Source: Menidia menidia
Lineage: Eukaryota
Assembly: GCA_048628825.1 (NCBI GenBank)
Contig: CM109626.1
Location: forward strand, 17,085,077-17,149,076
DNA: 64,000 bases
Reading direction: 5' to 3'
Part shown: positions 12,311 through 24,446 of the stretch, piece by piece
How the letters are laid out: every line of letters starts with the position of its first letter
Position numbering within the stretch: position 1 is the first letter of the stretch
The notes under the pieces: model-generated
What the model saw: only the letters and a program-made list of their open reading frames with translations
Database searches by the model: none
Told to the model about the DNA's origin: nothing
Program-made: the position numbers and the translations under genes

Positions 12311-13334
12311 AGAGATCTACTATGCCGTGTTTGAGAGGGATGATGACCACAAATGGCCAAAATTTTATCACAATTTGACCGAGTGTGTGAGATTTTGAAT
12401 TAGTTAAAAAATAAAAACACAGCAATATAAAAAGAATTGACTGTATGACAGTAAAACAGAGGCCAACATTTTCCCTAATCCACCCCCGCCCCTGCGTGCT
12501 GCTTAACTCATAACCACATGTTTATGAAGTTCCTATCACATCCACGATCCCACGTTTATCTTCTCCAAACTGCTTTGTCATCAAACAGGCTTGTAGATTT
12601 TTGGGATACTCTGATGGCTCGTAGTCACAGGGAAAAGATTAACTAACAATTTAGCTGTGCAGGTTGATGTCACTTTGTTTTTTTTGTTGCCATTTAAACA
12701 GACAGCTTTGGAAAACCCAGACAGGAAGAAGAGCAGCCAGCTGAAGACCGATCGAGATGTTTCACCCAAGCTGACACGTGTCCAGAAGCAGGTCAACCTG
12801 AATCTCCAAATATGTTCAGAGGGGGTCATTGCTGTTCAATGACTGATTCAAATATGTTAGAGCTCCAAAACGTTGTCAGAAAAAAAATGTGTATAGCTGA
12901 ATGTAGTAAAACAAACTGTCGGATTCTGGAAAAGAGGCTGGAAGTTGATGATTTGGTGGATATTCTTGAATGCAAATAGACTCAGAGACTCTAATAGAAA
13001 AAACTATGACGGTAAGAAGTAAAGCCCCCAAGAAAAAGTCTCTGTGCATTTCTTTTTTTTTTTCTCTTAAACCAGCAAATAACAGTTCCTTTCGATCATG
13101 TTACAGCTGTGTCATTCTGAGATACATTGCAAGGGTTTACCGATTCTTACAAAGAGCCCAAGAAATTCCTACGTCTGCCTGGTTGGTAGCACTCTTTCCT
13201 TTCCCTGACCACACTCAAACATCTTTAGATCAGTCCAGTATTTAAATCTGCCCACACAACCCCAGGAGGATGACAGGGGGAATGAAACAAGCCCCCGGTT
13301 ACACACCAGTTGAACATACGCCTTACGATTGTGG

Positions 13335-13660
13335 GAACCAAAGGCAGGCAAGGAAGGAGGAGGAGGAGGGGGGGGGGGGGGGGGTGATAGCTAAGAGTTG
13401 GGGGGAGGAGGAGGAGGAGTCCAGGCAGAGGGAGCCAGAGAGAGTGTGTTTATTTAAGTTTTTCGTCTCCTGACTCAGACAGAGAGCAGACTACAGAGGA
13501 TAATGAGAACCAGATCTTTGGTGGAGAGGAAGAGGAGGGAGGGGGAAAGAGAGTGCAGAGAAGAAGGGGGGGAAAGAAAAAATGAAGAAGAAGAGAGGGG
13601 CAGGAGGGGAGAGGGGGGGGGGGGGATGACAGCCAAAAAAAGAGGGGGGGCTGTGGCCAC
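13335..13660. repeat. Polypurine (GA/GGA-rich) tract containing two poly-G runs of about 20 nt, roughly 0.9-1.2 kb upstream of the nfatc4 start codon
   Basis: This is a low-complexity purine-only stretch (ggaggaggagg...gggggggggggggggg...gaagaagagagggg...). Confidence 0.85.
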
Positions 13661-14379
13661 AGGAAATAGGCCCTCTCATGTTCACTAAGTGACAGTTACC
13701 ATTGCAGCCCTGGTGGCCGTGCAGCCGTCGGCCCGCCGTGTGTCCTGTTCACCATTAGAATATTAATCACCCTGCTTTTTAGGGCTGGAGATGTGCAACA
13801 GGTATCTGAGCGGGCGGGGATTCGGACCTGAGTTTAAAATCCTGACGGTAGAGGAGGAAAAAAGAAGTGGATCGTGTTGGGATGAAGCAAAACGAGATCA
13901 GATCAGCCACATTAGCAGTGTGTATTTACATGTGAAATGAATGTGACTAAAAGAGAAACCTCCACAGAGAGCCAGGAGGGGGAGAGGAGGGAGGCTGGAG
14001 GCTGGGCAGGGGGGGATTCATGACTGACACATGGAAGGTCCTATGGGAAATGAGTAACGGACCAACTGGATCTGGGAAACCCACCCAAAGGCAATTAAGG
14101 GTAAAGGACGACAAAAATATCTGATAAACTTTTCTCCCCTCTCTCGTTCTTGATCTGGACAGATGGGAAAACAAGGAGTCATGGACTTAACGAGGAAAAA
14201 AGAGTGAAATGTCTTTCTTATTTATTTATTCTTACTTGGGAAGATGTTTTGGAAAACACCGTGAATTATCCGGAGCGAGGATCTGATTTGGAGCCATCAG
14301 CTTTTTTTTTTAAACTTCTGCAAACGGCCAAACAAGGGGGAAGCGATCTGGAGCAAGTTGGTGGTCGTAAAACTGGCGA

Positions 14380-15140
14380 TATGGGGACTACTTTTGCGCA
14401 ATGACACGCTGAGAGGGGGGGAAAGGGGGAAAAGTTCGAGACCACGGAGAAAAAGTTTGGCTTTATTTTTACGCGGCGCACCGAGGACGTCCCGGGCCGC
14501 TGTCTCCGTAGCGGGACGCGCGATTTGGGATCGGTGTGCGTGGGTCTTCGTCCCCCTGCTGCTGGAGGGGCGATGGGGGCCGCGCCGGGCGCGGGCTGGG
14601 AGGAAGGCGAGTTCGAGTTCAAGCTGGTGTTTGAGGAGGACCCGGTGCGCACGGCCGAGCCGGACACCGCCGCGGCCGGGAGGGAGGAAAGCGAGGGCAC
14701 CCTGCTGCAGCTGGACTCCTCCGAGAGCCGCAATCCGGGTCAGAGTCTTGACGAGATTACGCAGCCATGACGACAGGAAGTCTGAGTGGCCTTGAAAAGT
14801 TACTTAGTTTAATAGCCTACGCGGTGTAAACTGCGCGTATACAGAAACGAGGGCCCGCGTCTACGCGCTGGCTCTGATTGGGATGCGAGTTTGTGCGTGA
14901 GATGAGATGGCATGTGATGTGATGTGATGTGTGCGTGCCTGTTTCCGTGAGCGAGTTTTTGGATTCGTCGTGCGGTGCGCTCGTTCGGAGCGCGGTATGC
15001 GTTTGCGTGCATATCTGACCGTATTCTTGTTCCTTGAGTGCTTTTTGCGTGCGTGCGTGTGTGTGTGTTTGGGCATGTGTGCGTGCGGCCGCAGACTCAA
15101 TGTGTTTCTAATCAGCTGTGCGTGTGAGCAGAGTTAACAG
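14380..15140 (+). promoter_or_regulatory. nfatc4: CpG-island-like region spanning nfatc4 exon 1 (putative promoter / 5'UTR), with an adjacent GT/GC-rich tract at 14880-15130
   Basis: CpG density is very high, for example cgcggcgcaccgaggacgtcccgggccgctgtctccgtagcgggacgcgcg. A palindromic C/EBP-like TTGCGCAAT lies at about 14394. Confidence 0.5.
14573..14738 (+). CDS. nfatc4: nfatc4 coding exon 1
   Basis: MGAAPGAGWEEGEFEFKLVFEEDPV... matches human NFATC4 MGAASCEDEELEFKLVFGEEKE. The donor is G|GTCAGA, phase 1. Confidence 0.8.
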
Positions 15141-15199
15141 CTGCCATCTGGGGAAGGAACCTCAACCTCTTGTGTACTGAGCGCACCAAAGAGGCTACA

Positions 15200-15238
15200 C
15201 CCCCCCCCCCCCCCCCCCCCCCCCCCACCCCCCCCCCC
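15200..15238. repeat. Poly-C tract of about 39 nt with a single A interruption (a G-run on the minus strand) in nfatc4 intron 1
   Basis: The homopolymer is visible in the sequence. Confidence 0.9.
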
Positions 15239-18200
15239 TTCTTTTACTCGGCTTCCATCGCCTTCGTTTTTAACCTCCACTCCCTCACCAACACACACAC
15301 ACACACCTCACATCCACGCACTCGTTTGTTTCCCTCTGGCACTCACTGGTATTACCACACCCCGAGCCACTGCTTTCCACCCCCCCCCTTTCGTTGCAAA
15401 CTTTTCACGTCAAAGAGCAGAGGAACTGATCACTGGTGTCACTAAACGCGTGCACGTTTCCAGTTCACAGATGTCTTCACCTAAATATTAGTGTGACTAA
15501 ACTTTGTTTTTTGAAAACCACCTTACAAATGACAGATTTGAAGTTTTATTCACAGTATTTAGTCTCTCCTGGCTCCACATGCCTTCAGGGTTGAGGGTAT
15601 CTCTCAGTAATCTATGTGTTAATTTGGATGTAATGGAGCCCAGTCCAGGGGTCAGATGAATTAGATATTTCACATTCCTCCTCATATCTCACAGGCTGCT
15701 TTAAATAGATATTGTTTTTTCAATCTTATGCAAGATACACAGAAATTAATATTGGTATGCCTTAAAAGGACAACTTTGAGTATGGGGTTAATTCAAGGAG
15801 GTCAAGTGTTTTTTATTTGCTCTTAACCTCGTATTTGATATGATCCCGACTTTAGCAAGACTACAAGAGCACACCAATTCATCACTCAAATTCACAAATC
15901 TAATAAACCATTATTTTATACACAATAGAACCCATAGAGACCACCACATGTTGAAAGTAAGACATTTGACCTAATCAGGAAAACCATCAACACATATGTA
16001 AAGGAAAGATAGACAGGTAGACAAAATCATGTTTAATACATGAAGCATTCGTTCTTCTTTCAGATATGAGCTCAACTAATATGACTTGCTTTCTTATTGA
16101 ATTAAAATTGAGTTATTTTGATTTGATTTTTGGAAAAAGTCAAGATAACTTCGACTTTACAGTCCCAGAGAAAAAGAAAAATCCCTGTTTTTGTTCACGC
16201 CGCAATGCATCGTGGGTAGGGGTGACGTAAAGAGGGAATCTCTGTGGAACAGCTCCAGTTTCTGCACATTACAGCAGAATAAAGACGTCCTCTATTCAGT
16301 CATTCGTTTGAACCCAAATGCTCTTAAAGAGGTGAAGACGAGACTAAATGAATTACTGAAAAGTACACCAAGATGAAGAAGATCAGAGAGGAGAGGAGTG
16401 GAGCAAAGTCTGTGGTATTTGTGCAACAGCTGCTTCTCAGTGCTGAACAATGGGCTCCAGCTTCTGTTGTTAAGAGGGAACATGTCAACCAACATGCGAC
16501 TTTAGTGTCAGGATCCAGGTTACTTGTATTTTTTTTCTTGTCTTTGGGTTTCTTTATTTTCTTGCTTTGTGGTTTTGCTCTGCTTTGTGTCCTTAGTTGG
16601 CATTTTGTTCGAGATGAGTTTGTTTGTGTTCTTAAGCGATCATTATTTCCTTCTTTTTTAGTCGATATTTGTCTTTTTTTAGTTACATTTATGGTTTGTT
16701 TTTGGCTTTTTATGACAGCGAAAAGCAGAAATCCGACTCAGGCTGCTTTCATATCTGATGCTTTCCAGAGAGACCCCCGTCTGAAAGGTCGCCTCATATT
16801 TCAGCCCAGTTGTCTCTGATCGAAGGGAGACAGGGGTCACAGCGCTTTGCTGTTGGGATGCTGCGGGATCGAGCTTAAAAATGGACGACACAAGCGCAGC
16901 TTGGCATTTTGTCAACTTCACCTACACAACTTCAGAACTGCTACACGCTTGCTGCCTCGCGTACCGCCCAAAATGACCTCATAAAACATGTGTGTGACAT
17001 CACATCCTCAGACTGCTCCAAGAATCAGATTCAGAAAAAACTTTATTTACCCCCAGGGGCAATTAGCGGTCCCTGAATAAGTCATATGTAGCATTGACAA
17101 AATATACAAAATTCTTAAAGCAAGCAATTACGTAAACGAAAAGGCAAAAAATGTTGAAAACAGCCATTAGAAATGAAAAACGTCATGCAGAGAAAAGCTG
17201 CTCTGACTTGAATATGATGTTTTCTAAAAAAGTTAAAACAGAGGGGAATTTTGAGGTAAATTTGATCTGACAGGGTGTGGAAGCTTTGCAAACAAACCTC
17301 AGTTTTCCCACTTTGCAACACTTAGAACAATCAATTGTACCTAGTTACTTTTGAGTAAAGTAATTGCTGGCAAAACCGCCTATAACGCTTCACCAAATTC
17401 ATAATCCATGCTGCATCATGAAGCTCAGGATCTAACATTTGGTCAAAAGTGCAGTATTTTGTGACCACTGTTGTGGACTCTGAAGTAGAGTGGGGGGTGG
17501 GAGCTAAGGAGGTCAGTTTAGAGCACTTTCTTGGACTCTAAAAGAGCTTTTTACTGTGTTCAATAAGTGTTTGGTAAGCAGTGAGGTCTCATAAACTGCA
17601 CACACACACACACATGCCAAATCTGTGTTTCAAGCAACTGCAAAAAAAAACTCCCAGAGAAGAGTTACCTCAGCACTACAGCTTTAATCACTTGGAAATA
17701 TTTGTTTTGCCAGGAAACATTTCAAGAGATTTTTCAGCCCAAGTCTCAATTTGCTGGCGGTTTCTCTTCGTGTCCTCGTTGCCCAAAAATTGCCTGAGTG
17801 GCCGGCTGCCGAGCGGAGCAGCAGCGATCAGATGGAGCCTGGCTCATTACAGAGCAACTACTGTTTGGCCTCGTGTGGAAGCTGTCCCCGCAGCCCTGGG
17901 GATGAGGGGTTGTGTCCTCCTCTCTGTGGGCGTCGGGTAGACTATGAAGACGTTTTCTATGATAGAAAATGTTATTGTTTAATGTCATTATTTGCAGCAC
18001 AGAGTGGGATTTTTAAAGGAAAAGCTGTCTGATCACCATGACTTGCTTCAAGATTGAATTTCGCACGTTAATATATGAAACAATTCAAGTTTTGTTTCTT
18101 GAAATATGATATTATAATCTTCCTATTGTGTCTATTATTGAAACGTTTAGGACCCATGTTGTTTTGCAGTGCTGCTCAGTAGACTGATGCATTGAATTAT

Positions 18201-19420
18201 GATGGTAGTGAATGTTTTCTGACTTTCTCACATGGCTTGATTGCATTTTTCTGTCTTAATGCTAAGCTAAGCAGCTATCCTCCGGCAGTACCCAGAGTCA
18301 TCTGTTTTCCAGTACCAGTTTTAGTGCATAAACCTGATATTCGCATGCTTACTGATAAGTATTTGGTATTGGTGTTTTAATTCAACTACAACAGGACACA
18401 AAGTTGTAGTTTCAACAAAACTGCTAGGCAAAAGATACTGTAACTCATAAGAACCCAGACCATTTTTTCTCTAAAATCGAAATGTATTGGAGAAACGTGA
18501 CCAAATGGGATCACGTAAAAAAAAACTAGCTCTCCCATCAAATGTCATAGATCTGTGATGATCCCCATAAAAGCCATCCTGTAAGATGAACTGTTTTTAT
18601 ATTAACTGAGTAAAGCTGTTTAACTGCAATTTAGATTCTCGTGGTACAAATAAATTGAAATGTTCAAAAACCAGATGATGTACACAGAAAAATGCATTCA
18701 AAACAAACCCTGATTTCTTGACGTGTCATGAATCCTCCTCTGTGCTCATGACATCAACGAAAATTGTTCTAATAGAATTATCCACTAACAAGCTTCCTTT
18801 TAATGACATTAAAGTCTATTTACTAATATTAAGACAAGACAAAATGTATCAAGCTGTATTCATGCAAAATGAACTCTTAATAACACAGAAAAGAGCTCTT
18901 GATCGTGAAATAACAACATTGAAATAAATGATTGCAGTCACAGCTGCTGTTGGCTCCTCTTGAAAAGTTTGGTCCGTGTATTTTGCATATGGCAACAATT
19001 ATTGCCGGCTAAATCATGGGAAACTAATGTGTAATGAATGATAAAGGCATGTCGATGTTAAAAATGACTTTTACCGCAAATCTTTTTCAAAATATTTTGA
19101 TAGCCGTTTAATGAGCTTTTCTCATGCTATCTGTGAAAATAACCTGAGGGTTTGTGGAGCTGTTGTTTGGTTATAAAAAAAACAAAAAAGGTTAGCCTGA
19201 GATCACATAATCCTCCAAAACCTGCAACATATGACTGGAAAGAAAGTGTTTCATGCAACAGAAAGGAAGCTTTTGAGCCTAAGGGAATAAATCACATCAT
19301 AGAAATCAAAACGTGTATTAGAAATTAATAAAGAGGGCAGCACATGATTAATAGGATTATTAAGAAAACAAGCAGCTTTTAAAGACATTTAGCTTGACGA
19401 TTTCTCCCTTTTTTCTTCAG

Positions 19421-19587
19421 TAACAGATAACCACCTGGCGGCCTCCCATGCTGGACACTCAATCAGCATCCCCAGCCCTCCGCTGTCGTCCAATCAGCGG
19501 GCGGGGATGCACTCCCCGCCCCCTCGACGGGCCCCAATCAGAGAGTTCAGCGGGACCTACGAGAGCCTCCCTGCGCGCTCTGTACAG
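19421..19587 (+). CDS. nfatc4: nfatc4 coding exon 2
   Basis: ...SIPSPPLSSNQRAGMHSPPPRRAPIREFSGTYESLPARSVQ matches human IGIPRPPPPRPGMHSPPPRPAPSPGTWESQPARSVR. The acceptor is tttcttcag| and the donor is CAG|GTGAGG. Confidence 0.8.
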
Positions 19588-20477
19588 GTGAGGCTACATG
19601 CTCCTACATGGAAATCCTATATTCTGTGTGGGAGATTCAAGATTTTCCATTGACGTCCGTCATATTTCCACAGTCAGTGAAGCAGAAACCGGATCTCGTG
19701 TCAAACTACAAAGAATCCCCACCTGAGTGAGAAGCGGCTCTTTGTTGAGCTGTTTGTGCTGCAGTTTTATGGCCGTTGCCTTTAAGCTAGTTTTCCCAGA
19801 ACACGATGCATTAAGGCTGACATTTAGGACTAGGTATTTCTGTGTGGGGCGCAAGCTTTAAAACCCTTTTAGTAAAGTATTTGAGTGGAGGTTTTGGTGA
19901 AGACACTCTGCAGTCCCACTGTAAACAAATCAGTCAGCATTGGACAGAGTTTGTGGTTTTTGGATCCAAGTGTCTGCAGTTTTGGGGATAAGTTGAGCCA
20001 AGAATTTCTGTCCGACAGACTCTGGTCTGAAAGAATGAAGATACGTGACCTATTTGGCACATTGGGCAGGCTTTTATTACTTTTGAGACAAACAAAATGG
20101 GAGGAAATTAACTTTGTTTGAGTTTTTGTGTGCTGCAGTAGCATGTTCTGGCGAGATCTGCATAGACAGAGGGTTTTCCCAAAGAGTTTATAAATTCTTT
20201 AGTCCATACTCCAAACCTGTTTCTTCCTGCTGGCGCCCTTCCAGATTCCTGCCATAGCACCAAAAGGCAACACACCTCCTGAACAGGTCGCCGGTACAGT
20301 CCATCACGGGGCTAAAATACACATACACGATCCAAACATAAGCCACCTACATGTAAACATGCCGCTTTAACAGAGTGTGTTAACGGTCCACACTGGGCCA
20401 GCCCAGAACCTTCACGTGGGATTTTCTTTCTTTCAGAAAGGTAAAGCATCAACCGTTTCCTCTGATCTTTGGCCCAG

Positions 20478-20993
20478 GTTTCGGAATCCCGCGTGGTGGA
20501 GTGCCCCAGCATCCAGATTACCACCATCTCCCCCGAGGATGACCCGGCCCCCGTCGTTCCCAGCTACTGGGACATGGGCAGCGGCGGGGGGTGGGACAGG
20601 GAGCGGCTCTACCTCCCCCTGCTGGACCCCTTTTCCTACCGCGACAGATGCCCCGGCTCCCTGAGCCCCAGCCCGGCCTCCAGCCCGTCCTCCCGCGGCT
20701 GGCTCAGCCCGGCCTCCAGCTGCGACTCCCTGCTGGTGGAGGAGGAGGAGCTCAGCGAGGCCGCCATGGGCTTCGGTTTCTCGCCGTCCTCGCGGCCCAC
20801 TTCGCCCGGCGGCAAGAAGCGCAGGAACTCCCCGCTGGCCTCGCCCTGCGCCTCCCGGAGGGGCAGCTACTCGGACGAACTGCACGGCTGCGGCCTGGAG
20901 GGCGGCGAATCGTCCGCCCCGCAGTCACAAGCTCCGCCCAGCAGCTGTGAGCTCAGCATCCCTCAAAAAACCAGAAAAACGTCACTGGAACAG
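20478..20993 (+). CDS. nfatc4: nfatc4 coding exon 3: regulatory domain with the calcineurin-docking PxIxIT motif (CPSIQIT), SP-repeat serine-rich regions and the KKRR nuclear localisation signal
   Basis: VSESRVVECPSIQITTISPEDD...SPSPASSPSSRGWLSPASSCDS...SPGGKKRRNSPLASPCASRRGSYSDE...SIPQKTRKTSLEQ matches human RVLECPSIRITSISP...SPCGKRRYSSSG...IPQKTRRTSSEQ. The acceptor is cccag| and the donor is CAG|GTAAAA. Confidence 0.9.
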
Positions 20994-21077
20994 GTAAAAA
21001 AAAAAAAGAGGCAGGGTTCCAGATGTTTTTAGATTGGAAAACCGATGAAATATTAACAGGCTCGTGTTGTGTCCCAG

Positions 21078-21253
21078 TTGTCTCCCAGGGAGGTGGATCC
21101 GGAGCAGGCTCCAGGCCACGGCTCCCCCTGCCCGCTGCCAGAGACCCAGCAGACCAGGAGGGAGCTCCCCTCTCAGGGCATGGACTACCTCTCCGTGCCC
21201 CCGGCTCTGGCCTGGGGCCGAACCAGAGCCAGCGCCCACAGCCCTCTGTTCAG
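21078..21253 (+). CDS. nfatc4: nfatc4 coding exon 4. The probable donor is the non-canonical GC (AG|GCAGGA).
   Basis: LSPREVDPEQ...GMDYLSVPPALAWGRTRASAHSPLFR matches human AGMDYLAVPSPLAWSKARIGGHSPIFR. No GT donor gives the phase-2 junction needed to join exon 5 (SNALPPLDW...). A GC at 21254 restores F-R-S-N-A-L-P-P and a total CDS divisible by 3. Confidence 0.7.
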
Positions 21254-21554
21254 GCAGGAACACTCAACAGTATCATCAGAGGGGGAGAACGTGTGCCGTG
21301 CTCATTATTAGTTCAATCAAACAGTAAAACACCCCCAGAATGAAGTTTTTAGAGTGAATATTCAACAGTTATCTGTTAATATGTTCTCATATTCAGAATA
21401 TAACACTTACTTCAAACTGTTTTTTTACAATAACTGGAGCTAATTCTGTGTTTTGTGTGTAAACTAGATGGAAGTTTTCCTAACTGAATAGTTTTTTCAT
21501 GAGGAGAATGTGCGCCCACGTCTCAGAGTAGTCCACTGATCGAACTCCTTTCAG

Positions 21555-21717
21555 GTCCAACGCCCTGCCCCCCCTCGACTGGCCGCTTCCGTCCCAGTTT
21601 GAGCAGTACGAGCTGCGCATCGAGGTGCAGCCCCGCCCACACCACCGCGCCCACTACGAGACGGAGGGCAGCCGAGGAGCTGTCAAAGCCGCCCCGACAG
21701 GCCACCCCGTGGTTAAG
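21555..21717 (+). CDS. nfatc4: nfatc4 coding exon 5 (start of the Rel-homology domain)
   Basis: [54 protein letters not shown] is near-identical to human NFATC4. The donor is AAG|GTCAGT. Confidence 0.9.
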
Positions 21718-21915
21718 GTCAGTCTCAGCCCCCCGTAGGCCGACCGGGGGCTTTAACAAGGTCTCGGCTTTGGCAGGAGACCTTCCAAGCCCGCACAAAA
21801 TGTTGAAGTAGAAATTTTTGCTGAGGTCGCCGAGACCGAGTCACGTGTCGGGTCTCGGTGCCGACGGCCCCCCCTCACAGTTTGATCTCATCGCCCACTC
21901 TGAGTCTCTCTACAG

Positions 21916-22016
21916 CTGTGTGGATACGCGGAGAGGAAGCCGCTCTCGCTGCAGGTTTTCGTGGGAACAGCCGACGACCGCTCCATCCGGCCGCATCCCT
22001 TCTATCAGATACACAG
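21916..22016 (+). CDS. nfatc4: nfatc4 coding exon 6
   Basis: [34 protein letters not shown] matches human [33 protein letters not shown]. Confidence 0.9.
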
Positions 22017-22858
22017 GTGCTGACCCCCCGAGTCTGTACGTCCCACAACCAAAACCCCATCGCCGTGCACCCCTTTATGTCCAGCGTTGACCCCTCAGGC
22101 CACACAGTGCTTCCAGCACACACCACCCGACTGCATCTTTAAGTATTGTGCAACCAAACGCCCGCTGCTTCAACTGTTGCTTCAAGAAATTTCTGTCCAA
22201 TTACGCACCCAGTGGGACTCGCTCTGTCTGAGGACATTATCTCTGTGCAAAAAGCATCTGCTATGTCTGTACCACCCACAATGCTCATCTTCTGAGCTCC
22301 ATAGAGACGAAGAGCATGTCTGCCCCGGTTAATTGTCAGTCACATTAAGTTCTTATATCCCAGGAACTCTGTGAGATACTTTGCAAAATCAACAATATAA
22401 AAAAATATACAAATTTAGATTTCAGTGACCAAATTATCAATTTTTTTACCTTATATAGATGGATGGATGGAAATATAGGTGGATAGATAAAGATTTGAAA
22501 ATGCCATTATATATTATAACACCTGAGACATTTGATAGTTACAAGTTAATGAATGAAATAAATAAAGCTACATTCAGTAAAGGTGAAGATGATGACATAC
22601 GAGGAAGATTCATAGAGGATCAGCACGTTTTTACAGGCAGTTTTAACTCTTACTGTTTGCAGTAAAACTAGCAGTAATTCAGAGGAAAGAAATAAAATTG
22701 CTGCTCAACCTCTTGGGAAGGTGCTGCAGTGCGTTTTTTTCATATGGAAATCCCAGTTCTGGTGGGACTGGTGTTAGCTCAGATTCATACTCAAGAGAAC
22801 AGCGTGGATTTATAGACACCTTAAATGCGGGGCTGTTAATATCTTCGTCTGCCTGCAG

Positions 22859-22960
22859 GGTGACGGGAAAGATGGTCGGCACTGCCAGTCACGAGAGCGT
22901 CCAGGCAGGGACCAAGCTGCTGGACATCCCCCTCAACCCGGAGAACAGCATGACCGCTCT
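22859..22960 (+). CDS. nfatc4: nfatc4 coding exon 7
   Basis: VTGKMVGTASHESVQAGTKLLDIPLNPENSMTAL matches human [34 protein letters not shown]. The donor is CT|GTGAGT. Confidence 0.9.
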
Positions 22961-23190
22961 GTGAGTCAGCCTGTGGTGTTTCACACGGTTTATCCTTCAG
23001 CAGAGTCATGGATGTACCTACTGATTTATTGGATCATTTGTTTTATTCCACTGCTTCGGCATTGTAAATCTCTTGTTCTTTACATGATAAGATTTTGCAA
23101 ACAGTTAATGTAACAAACACCATATTTGAGTGTTCAAAGTTAATTTTGGTCTGAAGTTTGACGAGCTGAGAGAAGTCCTGTGATTCACAG

Positions 23191-23378
23191 CATCGACTGC
23201 GCGGGCATCCTGAAACTGAGGAACTCCGACATCGAGCTGAGGAAAGGGGAGACGGACGTCGGGAGGAAAAACACTCGTGTCCGGCTGGTGTTCCGCACCC
23301 ACCTGGCTCTGGCGCCCCCTGCGGCCCCCCCCGGACGGGTCTTGGCTCTTCAGGTGGCCTCTCTGCCCATCGAATGCT
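23191..23378 (+). CDS. nfatc4: nfatc4 coding exon 8 (RHD DNA-contact region)
   Basis: [39 protein letters not shown]...[10 protein letters not shown] is near-identical to human NFATC4 [37 protein letters not shown]... Confidence 0.9.
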
Positions 23379-23481
23379 GTGAGTGACCTCGGCTCTGACC
23401 GCTGGTGGTGGTGAACGCACCTCGCTCTGGGTGGGAATGCGTGTGACAGTGCTCAGCGTCCGGTGTTTTTTTTTCTCTCAG

Positions 23482-23622
23482 CCCAGCGCTCGGCTCAGGA
23501 GCTGCCCGTCATCGAGTCCGTCAGTCTCACGTCCAGCTCTGTGGAGGGGGGAGAGGAGCTACTGCTGGGCGGTAACAACTTCCTGCCAATCTCCAGAGTC
23601 CTTTTCATGGAGAGAGGAACAG
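23482..23622 (+). CDS. nfatc4: nfatc4 coding exon 9
   Basis: [47 protein letters not shown] matches human [47 protein letters not shown]. Confidence 0.85.
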
Positions 23623-23795
23623 GTAAACATACAGAACACTTTGGTAGTAGGTCAGAAATCAGTTTTTTTTTTGTTTTTTGTTATCAATATTCAGTGTTTT
23701 ATGCTCTGGTTGTGATTTTTGGTTTTAGAATGTATCAGAATGATGACAAATCGATGCTGGGCCTCCTTAACTCTTCCTCTTGCTCTCCTGTTTTA

Positions 23796-23851
23796 GATGG
23801 TAAATTACAGTGGGAGGAGGAGGCTCATGTGGACCGCGAAAGCAGCAATGA
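23796..23851 (+). CDS. nfatc4: nfatc4 coding exon 10
   Basis: DGKLQWEEEAHVDRESSNE matches human DGKLQWEEEATVNRLQSNE. The donor is GAG|GTCATT. Confidence 0.8.
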
Positions 23852-23955
23852 GGTCATTCATTTTCAGGCCCTTTAGTTTTGTTCCACCGGCTCTTCATTC
23901 ACCGATTACCCTCCATTGCCATGAGCAAACTTGTATCTATTTTTGCCGCCTGTAG

Positions 23956-24082
23956 GGTCTGTTGTGTGTGCGGGTCCCAGCCTACAGCGACCTCTCCATC
24001 AGTCGGCCGGTGTCCGTCAGTCTGTACGTCTCTAATGGGAAGAGAAAACGAAGCAGCACCCACTGCTTCAAGTACCTGCCTG
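23956..24082 (+). CDS. nfatc4: nfatc4 coding exon 11
   Basis: GLLCVRVPAYSDLSISRPVSVSLYVSNGKRKRSSTHCFKYLP matches human TLTLTVPEYSNKRVSRPVQVYFYVSNGRRKRSPTQSFRFLP. Confidence 0.85.
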
Positions 24083-24446
24083 GTGGGTGCGCGGCTGCAG
24101 CCTGTTGTTTCCTCCCTCGTGCTAATTTTATTCATTTTGTGCTTCATCGAAACAAACTTTGTCAGCATTCTCATGTGGTTACAAAAGCCAGTGACCTTGT
24201 TACCGTGGTTACTGCCTCACTGCGAGTTATAAACAGACAAAAATGCAGAAAAACACTGAGAAGTTCCTGCTTCTAAACTAGACTAAATGACTTTACACGC
24301 TACTTAAAATATTACTCATCTTTAAGCAATTTGAACATGATTTTTTGAGTTTGTGATCAGGTGCTGGGAGGTTTGCACATTATCTGTCAGTGGCAACAGA
24401 CAAAAAAATGACAGGATGACTAATTTTCCGTCATTCCTCCTCTCAG

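Noticed and set aside
21270-21277. GTATCATC as a possible U12-type donor in nfatc4
   Set aside because: It gives the wrong reading phase relative to the conserved exon 5 acceptor. The GC donor at 21254 fits the frame and the protein alignment.
20433-21343. Multiple overlapping 80-190-aa ORFs on both strands
   Set aside because: All overlap the GC-rich nfatc4 regulatory-domain exons in the wrong frame or strand. The NFAT frame is the only one with homology.
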